Positions 13,000 through 24,286 of a stretch of DNA of 64,000 nt are shown here, piece by piece. The stretch lies in NCBI RefSeq assembly GCF_013167455.1, contig NZ_CP038328.1, one strand, 5' to 3'. Position 1 is the first letter of the stretch, and the number at the start of each line of letters is the position of its first letter. Position numbers and translations under genes: made by a program. Under the pieces are notes generated by a model. The model saw only the letters and a program-made list of their open reading frames with translations. It searched no databases and was not told where the DNA came from. Origin of the DNA: Escherichia coli O157:H7. Its GTDB lineage: Bacteria > Pseudomonadota > Gammaproteobacteria > Enterobacterales > Enterobacteriaceae.

Positions 13000-14334
13000 A
13001 TGAGTTCTGCCAAGAAGATCGGGCTATTTGCCTGTACCGGTGTTGTTGCCGGTAATATGATGGGGAGCGGTATTGCATTATTACCTGCGAACCTAGCAAG
13101 TATCGGTGGTATTGCTATCTGGGGTTGGATTATCTCTATTATTGGTGCAATGTCGCTGGCGTATGTATATGCCCGACTGGCAACAAAAAACCCGCAACAA
13201 GGTGGCCCAATTGCTTATGCCGGAGAAATTTCTCCTGCATTTGGTTTTCAGACAGGTGTTCTTTATTACCATGCTAACTGGATTGGTAACCTGGCGATTG
13301 GTATTACCGCTGTATCTTATCTTTCCACCTTCTTCCCAGTATTAAATGATCCTGTTCCGGCGGGTATCGCCTGTATTGCTATCGTCTGGGTATTTACCTT
13401 TGTAAATATGCTCGGCGGTACCTGGGTAAGCCGTTTAACCACTATTGGTCTGGTGCTGGTTCTTATTCCTGTGGTGATGACTGCTATTGTTGGCTGGCAT
13501 TGGTTTGATGCGGCAACTTATGCAGCTAACTGGAATACTGCGGATACCACTGATGGTCATGCGATCATTAAAAGTATTCTGCTCTGCCTGTGGGCCTTCG
13601 TGGGTGTTGAATCCGCAGCTGTAAGTACTGGTATGGTTAAAAACCCGAAACGTACCGTTCCGCTGGCAACCATGCTGGGTACTGGTTTAGCAGGTATTGT
13701 TTACATCGCTGCGACTCAGGTGCTTTCCGGTATGTATCCGTCTTCTGTAATGGCGGCTTCCGGTGCTCCGTTTGCAATCAGTGCTTCAACTATCCTCGGT
13801 AACTGGGCTGCGCCGCTGGTTTCTGCATTCACCGCCTTTGCGTGCCTGACTTCTCTGGGCTCCTGGATGATGTTGGTAGGCCAGGCAGGTGTACGTGCCG
13901 CTAACGACGGTAACTTCCCGAAAGTTTATGGTGAAGTCGACAGCAACGGTATTCCGAAAAAAGGTCTGCTGCTGGCTGCAGTGAAAATGACTGCCCTGAT
14001 GATCCTCATCACTCTGATGAACTCTGCCGGTGGTAAAGCATCTGACCTGTTCGGTGAACTGACCGGTATCGCAGTACTGCTGACTATGCTGCCGTACTTC
14101 TACTCTTGCGTTGACCTGATTCGTTTTGAAGGCGTTAACATCCGCAACTTTGTCAGCCTGATCTGCTCTGTACTGGGTTGCGTGTTCTGCTTCATCGCGC
14201 TGATGGGCGCAAGCTCCTTCGAGCTGGCAGGTACCTTCATCGTCAGCCTGATTATCCTGATGTTCTACGCTCGCAAAATGCACGAGCGCCAGAGCCACTC
14301 AATGGATAACCACACCGCGTCTAACGCACATTAA
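13000..14334 (+). CDS. cadB: Lysine:cadaverine antiporter CadB, 444 aa
   Basis: [37 protein letters not shown]...; APC superfamily; SD aggagaag. Confidence 0.97.
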   Translation: MSSAKKIGLFACTGVVAGNMMGSGIALLPANLASIGGIAIWGWIISIIGAMSLAYVYARLATKNPQQGGPIAYAGEISPAFGFQTGVLYYHANWIGNLAIGITAVSYLSTFFPVLNDPVPAGIACIAIVWVFTFVNMLGGTWVSRLTTIGLVLVLIPVVMTAIVGWHWFDAATYAANWNTADTTDGHAIIKSILLCLWAFVGVESAAVSTGMVKNPKRTVPLATMLGTGLAGIVYIAATQVLSGMYPSSVMAASGAPFAISASTILGNWAAPLVSAFTAFACLTSLGSWMMLVGQAGVRAANDGNFPKVYGEVDSNGIPKKGLLLAAVKMTALMILITLMNSAGGKASDLFGELTGIAVLLTMLPYFYSCVDLIRFEGVNIRNFVSLICSVLGCVFCFIALMGASSFELAGTFIVSLIILMFYARKMHERQSHSMDNHTASNAH

Positions 14335-14349
14335 TTAAAAGTATTTTCC

Positions 14350-14397
14350 GAGGCTCCTCCTTTCATTTTGTCCCATGTGTTGGGAGGGGCCTTTTTT
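14350..14397 (+). terminator. Imperfect hairpin plus T6 run between cadB and cadA; possible intra-operon attenuator
   Basis: gaggctcctcc ... gggaggggcc followed by tttttt, inside the 79-nt cadB-cadA spacer. Confidence 0.4.
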
Positions 14398-14413
14398 ACC
14401 TGGAGATATGACT

Positions 14414-16561
14414 ATGAACGTTATTGCAATATTGAATCACATGGGGGTTTATTTTAAAGAAGAACCCATCCGTGAACTTCATCGCGCGCTTGAACGTCTG
14501 AACTTCCAGATTGTTTACCCGAACGACCGTGACGACTTATTAAAACTGATCGAAAACAATGCGCGTCTGTGCGGCGTTATTTTTGACTGGGATAAATATA
14601 ATCTCGAGCTGTGCGAAGAAATTAGCAAAATGAACGAGAACCTGCCGTTGTACGCGTTCGCTAATACGTATTCCACTCTCGATGTAAGCCTGAATGACCT
14701 GCGTTTACAGATTAGCTTCTTTGAATATGCGCTGGGTGCTGCTGAAGATATTGCTAACAAGATCAAGCAGACCACTGACGAATATATCAACACTATTCTG
14801 CCTCCGCTGACTAAAGCACTGTTTAAATATGTTCGTGAAGGTAAATATACTTTCTGTACTCCTGGTCACATGGGTGGTACTGCATTCCAGAAAAGCCCGG
14901 TAGGTAGCCTGTTCTATGATTTCTTTGGTCCGAATACCATGAAATCTGATATTTCCATTTCAGTATCTGAACTGGGTTCTCTGCTGGATCACAGTGGTCC
15001 ACACAAAGAAGCAGAACAGTATATCGCTCGCGTCTTTAACGCAGACCGCAGCTACATGGTGACCAACGGTACTTCCACTGCGAACAAAATTGTTGGTATG
15101 TACTCTGCTCCGGCAGGCAGCACCATTCTGATTGACCGTAACTGCCACAAATCGCTGACCCACCTGATGATGATGAGCGATGTTACGCCAATCTATTTCC
15201 GCCCGACCCGTAACGCTTACGGTATTCTTGGTGGTATCCCACAGAGTGAATTCCAGCACGCTACCATTGCTAAGCGCGTGAAAGAAACACCAAACGCAAC
15301 CTGGCCGGTACATGCTGTAATTACCAACTCTACCTATGATGGTCTGCTGTACAACACCGACTTCATCAAGAAAACACTGGATGTGAAATCCATCCACTTT
15401 GACTCCGCGTGGGTGCCTTACACCAACTTCTCACCGATTTACGAAGGTAAATGCGGTATGAGCGGTGGCCGTGTAGAAGGGAAAGTGATTTACGAAACCC
15501 AGTCCACTCACAAACTGCTGGCGGCGTTCTCTCAGGCTTCCATGATCCACGTTAAAGGTGACGTAAACGAAGAAACCTTTAACGAAGCCTACATGATGCA
15601 CACCACCACTTCTCCGCACTACGGTATCGTGGCGTCCACTGAAACCGCTGCGGCGATGATGAAAGGCAATGCAGGTAAGCGTCTGATCAACGGTTCCATT
15701 GAACGTGCGATCAAATTCCGTAAAGAGATCAAACGTCTGAGAACGGAATCTGATGGCTGGTTCTTTGATGTATGGCAGCCGGATCATATCGATACGACTG
15801 AATGCTGGCCGCTGCGTTCTGACAGCACCTGGCACGGCTTCAAAAACATCGATAACGAGCACATGTATCTTGACCCGATCAAAGTCACCCTGCTGACTCC
15901 GGGGATGGAAAAAGACGGCACCATGAGCGACTTTGGTATTCCGGCCAGCATCGTGGCGAAATACCTCGACGAACATGGCATCGTTGTTGAGAAAACCGGT
16001 CCGTATAACCTGCTGTTCCTGTTCAGCATCGGTATCGATAAGACCAAAGCACTGAGCCTGCTGCGTGCTCTGACTGACTTCAAACGTGCGTTCGACCTGA
16101 ACCTGCGTGTGAAAAACATGCTGCCGTCTCTGTATCGTGAAGATCCTGAATTCTATGAAAACATGCGTATTCAGGAACTGGCTCAGAATATCCACAAACT
16201 GATTGTTCACCACAATCTGCCGGATCTGATGTATCGCGCATTTGAAGTGCTGCCGACGATGGTAATGACTCCGTATGCTGCATTCCAGAAAGAGCTGCAC
16301 GGTATGACCGAAGAAGTTTACCTCGACGAAATGGTCGGTCGTATTAACGCCAATATGATCCTTCCGTATCCGCCGGGAGTTCCTCTGGTAATGCCGGGTG
16401 AAATGATCACCGAAGAAAGCCGTCCGGTTCTGGAGTTCCTGCAGATGCTGTGTGAAATCGGCGCTCACTATCCGGGCTTTGAAACCGATATTCACGGTGC
16501 ATACCGTCAGGCTGATGGCCGCTATACCGTTAAGGTATTGAAAGAAGAAAGCAAAAAATAA
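14414..16561 (+). CDS. cadA: Inducible lysine decarboxylase CadA, 715 aa
   Basis: MNVIAILNHMGVYFKEEPIRELHRALERLNFQIVYPNDRDDLLKLIENNARLCG...; PLP fold-I decarboxylase (STHKLL lysine motif). Confidence 0.98.
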   Translation: MNVIAILNHMGVYFKEEPIRELHRALERLNFQIVYPNDRDDLLKLIENNARLCGVIFDWDKYNLELCEEISKMNENLPLYAFANTYSTLDVSLNDLRLQISFFEYALGAAEDIANKIKQTTDEYINTILPPLTKALFKYVREGKYTFCTPGHMGGTAFQKSPVGSLFYDFFGPNTMKSDISISVSELGSLLDHSGPHKEAEQYIARVFNADRSYMVTNGTSTANKIVGMYSAPAGSTILIDRNCHKSLTHLMMMSDVTPIYFRPTRNAYGILGGIPQSEFQHATIAKRVKETPNATWPVHAVITNSTYDGLLYNTDFIKKTLDVKSIHFDSAWVPYTNFSPIYEGKCGMSGGRVEGKVIYETQSTHKLLAAFSQASMIHVKGDVNEETFNEAYMMHTTTSPHYGIVASTETAAAMMKGNAGKRLINGSIERAIKFRKEIKRLRTESDGWFFDVWQPDHIDTTECWPLRSDSTWHGFKNIDNEHMYLDPIKVTLLTPGMEKDGTMSDFGIPASIVAKYLDEHGIVVEKTGPYNLLFLFSIGIDKTKALSLLRALTDFKRAFDLNLRVKNMLPSLYREDPEFYENMRIQELAQNIHKLIVHHNLPDLMYRAFEVLPTMVMTPYAAFQKELHGMTEEVYLDEMVGRINANMILPYPPGVPLVMPGEMITEESRPVLEFLQMLCEIGAHYPGFETDIHGAYRQADGRYTVKVLKEESKK

Positions 16562-16573
16562 TTAGCTCGTACA

Positions 16574-16602
16574 AGGGAAGTGGCTTGCCACTTCCCTTTT
16601 TT
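16574..16602 (+). terminator. Rho-independent terminator after cadA
   Basis: agggaagtgg-cttg-ccacttccc followed by tttttt. Confidence 0.85.
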
Positions 16603-16619
16603 GCTCATAAGGAGAACAC

Positions 16620-18077
16620 ATGAAAACACCCTCACAGCCGCGCGCGATATACTATATCGTGGCGATCCAAATCTGGGAGTACTTCAGTTTTTACGGCATG
16701 CGTGCCTTACTCATTCTCTATCTCACCCATCAGCTTGGTTTTGATGATAACCATGCCATCAGCCTGTTCAGCGCATATGCTTCTCTGGTTTACGTTACCC
16801 CTATTCTCGGCGGCTGGCTTGCCGACCGCCTGCTCGGCAACCGCACTGCAGTGATTGCCGGCGCGCTGTTAATGACCCTTGGCCATGTGGTGCTGGGTAT
16901 TGATACAAATTCAACCTTTAGCCTGTATCTGGCGCTGGCAATCATTATTTGTGGCTACGGTTTATTCAAATCAAACATCAGCTGTTTGCTTGGCGAGCTC
17001 TACGACGAGAACGATCATCGACGTGATGGCGGTTTTTCGCTGCTGTATGCTGCGGGCAATATCGGTTCTATCGCCGCCCCAATCGCCTGCGGCCTGGCTG
17101 CTCAGTGGTATGGATGGCATGTTGGCTTTGCCCTTGCGGGTGGCGGCATGTTTATCGGTTTGTTGATTTTCTTAAGCGGGCATCGTCATTTCCAGTCCAC
17201 GCGTAGTATGGATAAAAAAGCGCTCACTAGCGTCAAATTTGCCTTACCGGTATGGAGCTGGTTAGTGGTGATGCTCTGTTTAGCCCCAGTATTTTTTACC
17301 CTGCTGCTGGAGAACGACTGGTCCGGATATTTGCTGGCGATCGTTTGCCTCATTGCCGCACAAATCATTGCCCGCATGATGATCAAATTCCCCGAACACC
17401 GCCGTGCTCTTTGGCAAATTGTATTGTTGATGTTTGTCGGGACATTGTTCTGGGTACTGGCACAACAGGGCGGCAGTACCATCAGCTTGTTTATCGATCG
17501 CTTTGTGAATCGTCAGGCATTCAATATTGAAGTACCTACTGCACTATTCCAGTCGGTGAATGCAATTGCGGTGATGCTCGCTGGGGTTGTTCTGGCCTGG
17601 CTGGCGTCGCCAGAAAGCCACGGCAACTCAACATTGCGCGTCTGGCTGAAGTTTGCCTTTGGCTTACTGCTGATGGCTTGTGGCTTTATGTTGCTGGCAT
17701 TTGATGCCCGACATGCAGCAGCTGACGGTCAAGCGTCAATGGGCGTGATGGTATCCGGGCTGGCGCTAATGGGCTTTGCCGAACTCTTTATTGACCCGGT
17801 GGCGATTGCGCAAATCACGCGTCTGAAAATGTCTGGCGTATTAACCGGGATTTATATGCTGGCAACAGGCGCGGTCGCCAACTGGCTGGCAGGCGTAGTG
17901 GCACAGCAGACGACAGAGTCGCAAATTAGCGGTATGGCAATTGCAGCTTACCAGCGATTCTTTTCTCAGATGGGAGAGTGGACGTTGGCTTGTGTCGCGA
18001 TCATCGTGGTATTGGCCTTTGCTACCCGTTTCCTGTTTAGCACGCCGACGAATATGGTACAGGAGAGCAACGATTAA
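16620..18077 (+). CDS. dtpC: Proton-dependent di/tripeptide permease DtpC (YjdL), 485 aa
   Basis: [41 protein letters not shown]...; POT/PTR2 family signature. Confidence 0.95.
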   Translation: MKTPSQPRAIYYIVAIQIWEYFSFYGMRALLILYLTHQLGFDDNHAISLFSAYASLVYVTPILGGWLADRLLGNRTAVIAGALLMTLGHVVLGIDTNSTFSLYLALAIIICGYGLFKSNISCLLGELYDENDHRRDGGFSLLYAAGNIGSIAAPIACGLAAQWYGWHVGFALAGGGMFIGLLIFLSGHRHFQSTRSMDKKALTSVKFALPVWSWLVVMLCLAPVFFTLLLENDWSGYLLAIVCLIAAQIIARMMIKFPEHRRALWQIVLLMFVGTLFWVLAQQGGSTISLFIDRFVNRQAFNIEVPTALFQSVNAIAVMLAGVVLAWLASPESHGNSTLRVWLKFAFGLLLMACGFMLLAFDARHAAADGQASMGVMVSGLALMGFAELFIDPVAIAQITRLKMSGVLTGIYMLATGAVANWLAGVVAQQTTESQISGMAIAAYQRFFSQMGEWTLACVAIIVVLAFATRFLFSTPTNMVQESND

Positions 18078-18313
18078 CTGTCGTAAAAACAATTGGTTAT
18101 GAATAAATTAACTTTCAGTTTATCACACTAGTAAATCGAGATTAATAAGTCATTTAAACCATTTTGATGGTTATTTATTAGTGATATCAACTTGAGGTAA
18201 GCGTTAGTTTCGATAAGATAAACTGAGTTATTAATAGTCGAGGCAGATAATACAGTGTACCGATCTGTCTCTTTATCTACGCTAAATTGAAAGCTGGATT
18301 TAGAGGAACCAAA

Positions 18314-19831
18314 ATGTCTGAACAAGAAACACGGGGAGCCAATGAGGCTATTGATTTTAACGATGAACTGAGAAATCGCCGCGAAAAACTGGCGGCACTA
18401 CGTCAGCAAGGTGTGGCGTTTCCCAATGATTTTCGCCGCGACCATACCTCTGACCAGTTGCACGAAGAGTTTGATGCGAAGGATAACCAGGAACTGGAAT
18501 CCTTAAACATTGAAGTCTCGGTTGCTGGCCGAATGATGACCCGTCGTATCATGGGGAAAGCCTCCTTTGTAACGTTGCAGGATGTCGGTGGCCGTATTCA
18601 ACTGTACGTCGCACGAGATAGCCTGCCAGAAGGTGTTTATAACGATCAGTTTAAAAAATGGGATCTGGGTGACATTATCGGTGCCCGCGGTACGCTGTTT
18701 AAGACGCAAACGGGTGAGCTTTCCATTCACTGTACTGAGTTGCGCCTGCTGACTAAAGCACTACGTCCTTTACCAGATAAATTCCATGGTCTGCAGGATC
18801 AGGAAGTCCGTTATCGTCAACGTTATCTGGACCTCATCGCTAACGATAAATCCCGTCAAACGTTTGTTGTCCGTTCAAAAATTCTGGCCGCTATCCGCCA
18901 GTTCATGGTCGCGCGCGGCTTTATGGAAGTAGAAACCCCGATGATGCAGGTAATTCCAGGTGGGGCATCTGCTCGCCCGTTTATTACCCATCATAATGCT
19001 CTGGATTTAGATATGTATCTGCGTATCGCGCCGGAGCTGTATCTGAAACGTCTGGTTGTAGGCGGTTTTGAACGGGTATTCGAAATCAACCGTAACTTCC
19101 GTAATGAAGGTATTTCTGTTCGCCATAATCCTGAGTTCACAATGATGGAACTCTACATGGCGTATGCGGATTACCACGATTTGATTGAACTGACAGAGTC
19201 CCTGTTCCGCACCCTGGCACAAGAGGTTCTGGGTACCACTAAAGTCACTTATGGCGAGCATGTGTTTGATTTCGGCAAACCGTTTGAAAAACTCACCATG
19301 CGCGAAGCAATCAAAAAATATCGTCCAGAAACCGATATGGCCGACCTGGATAATTTTGATGCTGCTAAAGCATTAGCTGAATCTATCGGTATTACGGTAG
19401 AGAAAAGCTGGGGGCTGGGACGTATTGTCACGGAGATCTTTGATGAAGTGGCAGAAGCACATCTGATTCAGCCAACCTTTATTACGGAATATCCGGCAGA
19501 AGTGTCACCGCTGGCACGCCGTAATGATGTTAACCCGGAAATCACCGACCGTTTTGAATTCTTCATCGGTGGTCGTGAAATCGGTAATGGTTTTAGCGAA
19601 TTAAACGACGCAGAAGATCAGGCTGAACGTTTCCAGGAACAGGTTAACGCTAAAGCCGCAGGTGACGACGAAGCCATGTTCTATGACGAAGATTACGTGA
19701 CTGCGCTGGAATATGGTCTGCCGCCAACCGCTGGTCTGGGTATTGGTATCGACCGAATGATTATGCTGTTTACTAACAGCCATACTATTCGCGACGTTAT
19801 TCTCTTCCCGGCGATGCGCCCACAGAAATAA
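18314..19831 (+). CDS. lysU: Lysyl-tRNA synthetase, heat-inducible isoform LysU, 505 aa
   Basis: [40 protein letters not shown]...; class II aaRS motifs ([13 protein letters not shown]). Confidence 0.98.
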
Positions 19832-19844
19832 ATTTCACTTTAAT

Positions 19845-19878
19845 GAACGAAGCAGTCAGGCGACTGCTTCGTTCATCG
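19845..19878 (+). terminator. Rho-independent terminator after lysU
   Basis: gaacgaagcagtc-aggc-gactgcttcgttc hairpin. Confidence 0.8.
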
Positions 19879-19949
19879 TTCCGCAAATCCAGTTTTGAGG
19901 AGAGACGCTTCGTTTCACGATAACCAGCGGGTCCACTCAACTACAGCTC

Positions 19950-20123
19950 CTAAAAGAGAGAAAAAAGTAATGCCACAGGCAGACTCATTGGCCAGGTTAT
20001 TCCGACCAGGAATGCACTAAGTAAACGAATATGTGTTTTCTCATGTGAGATAAACCAGATAATGACAAAGGATATGTTCACACCAATCACATAAAAAATT
20101 AATATTTTAGAGAATAGTGCCAT
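19950..20123 (-). CDS. ghoT: Type V toxin GhoT, small membrane-lytic peptide, 57 aa
   Basis: Not in ORF track (<60 aa). Reverse-strand translation MALFSKILIFYVIGVNISFVIIWFISHEKTHIRLLSAFLVGITWPMSLPVALLFSLF; two hydrophobic helices; directly downstream of ghoS. Confidence 0.85.
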   Translation of the reverse strand: MALFSKILIFYVIGVNISFVIIWFISHEKTHIRLLSAFLVGITWPMSLPVALLFSLF

Positions 20124-20150
20124 TTTTTATGTTCTTCTTATCCTTACTGG

Positions 20151-20447
20151 CTACTTGTAAAACTGACGGAAATAGTCATCAACTGTCATAATGTTGAGGT
20201 CAAAGTCAATATCCGGTAAGTCTAAGCATTTAAGCCTGATTAAATCTTCGATTTCACTTGCGGCTAACGATGTCGTTATTGCGAAGGAATTTTCATTCAA
20301 TTGTCGTGGTATCCCATATTCATCAGCCACGATAGAAGAGAAATTCATATCATACATCAATGATCTTAACCTTAAGAACACTGAGGAATAAGATGATGGA
20401 TAATCAAAAGAAACAACATAAGTATTGAACTTGTTTTTACCTTCCAT
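20151..20447 (-). CDS. ghoS: Type V antitoxin GhoS (endoribonuclease), 98 aa
   Basis: MEGKNKFNTYVVSFDYPSSYSSVFLRLRSLMYDMNFSSIVADEYGIPRQL...; ORF-track start trimmed to internal ATG. Confidence 0.9.
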   Translation of the reverse strand: MEGKNKFNTYVVSFDYPSSYSSVFLRLRSLMYDMNFSSIVADEYGIPRQLNENSFAITTSLAASEIEDLIRLKCLDLPDIDFDLNIMTVDDYFRQFYK

Positions 20448-20673
20448 AATATGACTCCTATAAATATTGAACACTCTGGGGACGCAAAATTTATTAACCC
20501 CGATTGATGATTCTCATATAGGAGATATTCTTTTTTTTGCTCAGTAAAGGGGATGACTTGGGACAAAAAAACGCGCTCTCTGCCCATTCTTTGTGCATCC
20601 CCCTACCCTTCAGATGCTCTCCTGCATCACACCGCGGAGAGCATGAAAAATATCGTGAATCTGTACTCTTCCA

Positions 20674-20946
20674 TCAACTGCGAATATCATCATACTCCCG
20701 CGTTTTATCAAATTCGTGTTTCGCAAATGGACATAATGGGATAATTTTTCGTTTTTCCCGACGCATTTTTTCCACGACTTTCGCAACCAGCTGTTTACCA
20801 ATCCCTTGCCCTTTCAGGCTTTCATCGACATCGGTATGTTCGATAATCGCTAAATTCTCTCCGGTCGGCACAAAGACAATTTCAGCGATTTGCTTGCCTT
20901 GTTCGTCATTAATGTAAAATTTATTGTGGCCTTCGCGTATTTCCAT
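20674..20946 (-). CDS. yjdJ: Small GNAT-like acetyltransferase YjdJ, 90 aa
   Basis: [54 protein letters not shown]... (GNAT Q/RxxGxG/A motif). Confidence 0.85.
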   Translation of the reverse strand: MEIREGHNKFYINDEQGKQIAEIVFVPTGENLAIIEHTDVDESLKGQGIGKQLVAKVVEKMRREKRKIIPLCPFAKHEFDKTREYDDIRS

Positions 20947-20957
20947 TTTACCCTCGC

Positions 20958-21188
20958 TTATTTATGACGGTATTTCAGCGCACCACTCGGGCACGTATCA
21001 ATCACTTTAACCACAGTGGCAACGTCGACTTCATCCGGCATGATCCACGGCTTTCGTTTGAGATTAAATAACTTGCCGTTGCCACGTACGCAATTGCCAG
21101 AATGCTGACATATCGCAGTGTTGAAATAGACATCGATCTTTTCGCCGGTATAACAGCGATAACCCCCGTCCAGTAGCGCCTGATCCAT
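20958..21188 (-). CDS. yjdI: Cys-rich small protein YjdI, 76 aa
   Basis: [76 protein letters not shown]; cysteines spaced like a metal-binding fold. Confidence 0.85.
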   Translation of the reverse strand: MDQALLDGGYRCYTGEKIDVYFNTAICQHSGNCVRGNGKLFNLKRKPWIMPDEVDVATVVKVIDTCPSGALKYRHK

Positions 21189-21368
21189 GACCTTCCCTCT
21201 CTCATCAGTATGGTTTTCACTATAAGCATAGCCCTGGAATCTTCATACAGCACTGGCAGTTTCCGTTGCCAGAGTCTCTTCCCCTATATAGCCAATCATT
21301 CTTACTCCCTTTGAATTACCCGCCTCATCAGAGATAATGCTTAAGAAATTTGTCACACAAGGAAGCTG

Positions 21369-23000
21369 ATGAGACATTCATTGCCCTACCGCATGTTACG
21401 CAAACGTCCGATGAAATTGAGTACCACAGTGATCTTAATGGTCAGCGCGGTACTGTTCTCGGTGCTATTGGTGGTGCATCTGATTTACTTCTCGCAAATC
21501 AGTGATATGACGCGAGACGGGCTAGCCAACAAGGCACTGGCAGTGGCGCGTACTCTCGCCGACTCGCCGGAAATCCGTCAGGGCTTGCAGAAAAAACCGC
21601 AGGAGAGCGGCATCCAGGCCATCGCGGAAGCCGTGCGCAAACGCAACGATCTGCTGTTTATTGTCGTTACCGATATGCAAAGTCTTCGCTACTCGCATCC
21701 TGAAGCCCAGCGTATTGGTCAGCCATTTAAAGGTGATGACATCCTTAAAGCGCTGAATGGCGAAGAAAATGTCGCTATCAATCGCGGTTTTCTGGCGCAG
21801 GCTTTACGCGTATTTACCCCCATCTACGATGAAAATCATAAACAAATTGGCGTGGTGGCGATCGGCCTTGAGTTAAGCCGCGTGACCCAACAGATCAATG
21901 ACAGTCGCTGGAGCATTATCTGGTCGGTATTATTTGGCATGCTGGTCGGACTGATTGGCACCTGCATTCTGGTTAAGGTACTGAAAAAAATCCTTTTCGG
22001 CCTGGAACCCTACGAAATCTCCACGCTGTTTGAGCAACGCCAGGCCATGTTGCAGTCTATCAAAGAAGGCGTCGTTGCCGTGGACGATCGCGGCGAGGTC
22101 ACGCTGATCAACGATGCCGCACAAGAATTGCTGAATTACCGTAAGTCGCAGGACGATGAGAAACTGTCGACGCTCAGCCACTCATGGTCACAGGTGGTAG
22201 ATGTCTCGGAAGTGTTACGCGACGGTACGCCGCGCCGCGACGAAGAGATTACGATTAAAGACCGGCTATTACTGATCAACACCGTTCCGGTGCGCAGTAA
22301 TGGCGTTATCATCGGTGCCATTTCAACCTTCAGGGACAAAACTGAAGTTCGTAAACTGATGCAGCGACTCGACGGTCTGGTCAACTATGCTGATGCACTT
22401 CGTGAACGATCCCACGAATTTATGAATAAATTGCATGTGATTCTCGGATTATTGCATCTGAAGAGTTATAAGCAGTTGGAAGATTACATTCTCAAAACAG
22501 CCAATAACTATCAGGAAGAGATTGGCTCTCTGCTGGGTAAGATCAAATCTCCGGTTATCGCTGGTTTTTTAATCAGCAAGATTAACCGCGCGACCGATTT
22601 AGGCCATACGCTGATTTTAAACAGTGAAAGCCAGCTGCCAGACAGCGGCAGTGAGGACCAGGTCGCGACGCTGATTACCACATTGGGAAATCTGATAGAA
22701 AACGCGCTGGAAGCATTAGGGCCGGAACCCGGTGGCGAAATTAGCGTAACATTGCACTACCGTCACGGCTGGCTGCACTGCGAAGTTAACGATGATGGAC
22801 CGGGGATCGCACCCGACAAAATCGATCACATTTTTGACAAAGGTGTCTCGACAAAAGGAAGCGAGCGAGGCGTCGGTTTAGCACTTGTCAAACAACAGGT
22901 AGAAAATCTCGGCGGCAGCATCGCCGTGGAATCGGAACCCGGGATTTTCACACAATTTTTTGTCCAGATACCCTGGGACGGGGAGAGGTCGAACAGATGA
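21369..23000 (+). CDS. dcuS: C4-dicarboxylate sensor histidine kinase DcuS, 543 aa
   Basis: MRHSLPYRMLRKRPMKLSTTVILMVSAVLFSVLLVVHLIYF...; periplasmic PAS-like sensor, cytoplasmic PAS, kinase domain. Confidence 0.97.
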   Translation: MRHSLPYRMLRKRPMKLSTTVILMVSAVLFSVLLVVHLIYFSQISDMTRDGLANKALAVARTLADSPEIRQGLQKKPQESGIQAIAEAVRKRNDLLFIVVTDMQSLRYSHPEAQRIGQPFKGDDILKALNGEENVAINRGFLAQALRVFTPIYDENHKQIGVVAIGLELSRVTQQINDSRWSIIWSVLFGMLVGLIGTCILVKVLKKILFGLEPYEISTLFEQRQAMLQSIKEGVVAVDDRGEVTLINDAAQELLNYRKSQDDEKLSTLSHSWSQVVDVSEVLRDGTPRRDEEITIKDRLLLINTVPVRSNGVIIGAISTFRDKTEVRKLMQRLDGLVNYADALRERSHEFMNKLHVILGLLHLKSYKQLEDYILKTANNYQEEIGSLLGKIKSPVIAGFLISKINRATDLGHTLILNSESQLPDSGSEDQVATLITTLGNLIENALEALGPEPGGEISVTLHYRHGWLHCEVNDDGPGIAPDKIDHIFDKGVSTKGSERGVGLALVKQQVENLGGSIAVESEPGIFTQFFVQIPWDGERSNR

Positions 23001-23716
23001 TCAATGTATTAATTATCGATGACGACGCAATGGTCGCGGAGCTGAATCGCCGATACGTAGCACAAATCCCAGGCTTTCAATGCTGTGGAACAGCCTCGAC
23101 GCTGGAGAAAGCCAAAGAGATTATCTTCAATAGCGATACGCCTATCGACCTGATATTGCTCGATATCTATATGCAAAAAGAGAACGGGCTCGATTTACTG
23201 CCTGTCCTGCATAACGCGCGTTGCAAAAGTGATGTGATTGTCATCTCCTCCGCAGCCGATGCGGCAACCATTAAAGATTCGCTGCATTACGGTGTCGTGG
23301 ATTACCTGATCAAACCCTTCCAGGCTTCCCGCTTTGAAGAGGCGCTCACCGGCTGGCGGCAAAAGAAAATGGCGCTGGAAAAACATCAGTATTATGACCA
23401 GGCCGAGCTTGATCAGCTAATCCACGGCAGCAGCTCCAACGAGCAGGATCCTCGTCGCTTGCCAAAAGGCTTAACGCCGCAGACGTTACGCACACTGTGC
23501 CAGTGGATTGACGCGCATCAGGACTATGAGTTTTCAACCGACGAGCTAGCCAACGAGGTTAACATTTCGCGTGTTTCCTGCCGTAAATACCTTATCTGGC
23601 TGGTCAACTGCCACATCTTGTTCACCAGTATCCATTATGGCGTCACGGGGCGTCCAGTTTACCGTTACCGTATTCAGGCAGAACACTACTCACTACTGAA
23701 ACAATATTGCCAATAA
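22997..23716 (+). CDS. dcuR: Response regulator DcuR, 239 aa
   Basis: MINVLIIDDDAMVAELNRRYVAQIPGFQCCGTASTLEKAKE...; start overlaps dcuS stop (ATGA). Confidence 0.97.
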   Translation: MINVLIIDDDAMVAELNRRYVAQIPGFQCCGTASTLEKAKEIIFNSDTPIDLILLDIYMQKENGLDLLPVLHNARCKSDVIVISSAADAATIKDSLHYGVVDYLIKPFQASRFEEALTGWRQKKMALEKHQYYDQAELDQLIHGSSSNEQDPRRLPKGLTPQTLRTLCQWIDAHQDYEFSTDELANEVNISRVSCRKYLIWLVNCHILFTSIHYGVTGRPVYRYRIQAEHYSLLKQYCQ

Positions 23717-24286
23717 CGGATCGCTGGTTATCTGTAAGTAATAATTATTACCGTAATGCAAAATACCCCTGGTACAAGTTACATCCTTCATCAGTAAAAC
23801 TTGTGCCAGATCAAATATAATTATCCCTCCATCATCGCTAAAAATTAATATCTCTTCAGGTGAACGGTGTTTTTAATTTCAAAACGCTAACAAAAGTTAA
23901 TTAACTATTATGTCACCCGCATTATGTGTATTTTTACCCACAAATGGGTAGATCAGATTAATCTATAAACCTAATGATATCTGCCCTGAGAACAAAAAAT
24001 AGACCGATAAATATCAATAAGATAACAGCAAACAAAACATTAACATCTGCGCAGTACAAACTTTAAACCCATCGCCAGAGAGTTTTTCTCTCTGAAAAAG
24101 CCGCTTATCACAGTGCATAAATTTGCCGCTGCTTTAATCAGCCAATATTCACTGTGAGGTATTTGCTAAAGCCGGTAACGACCAAACGGATATTTAGTCA
24201 GGCTCTGAAAACAGTTCATACAAAACAGAACGTGACTGTGATCTATTCAGCAAAAATTTAAATAGGATTATCGCGAGGGTTCACAC

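Noticed and set aside
23717..24286. Possible small gene or sRNA in the 570-bp spacer between dcuR and dcuB
   Set aside because: No ORF with an RBS and no terminator-like hairpin was seen; the AT-rich sequence with scattered TTGAT/TGTGA-like half-sites fits a complex regulated promoter (dcuB is known to be FNR/DcuR/CRP controlled). Individual sites were not confidently assignable by eye.
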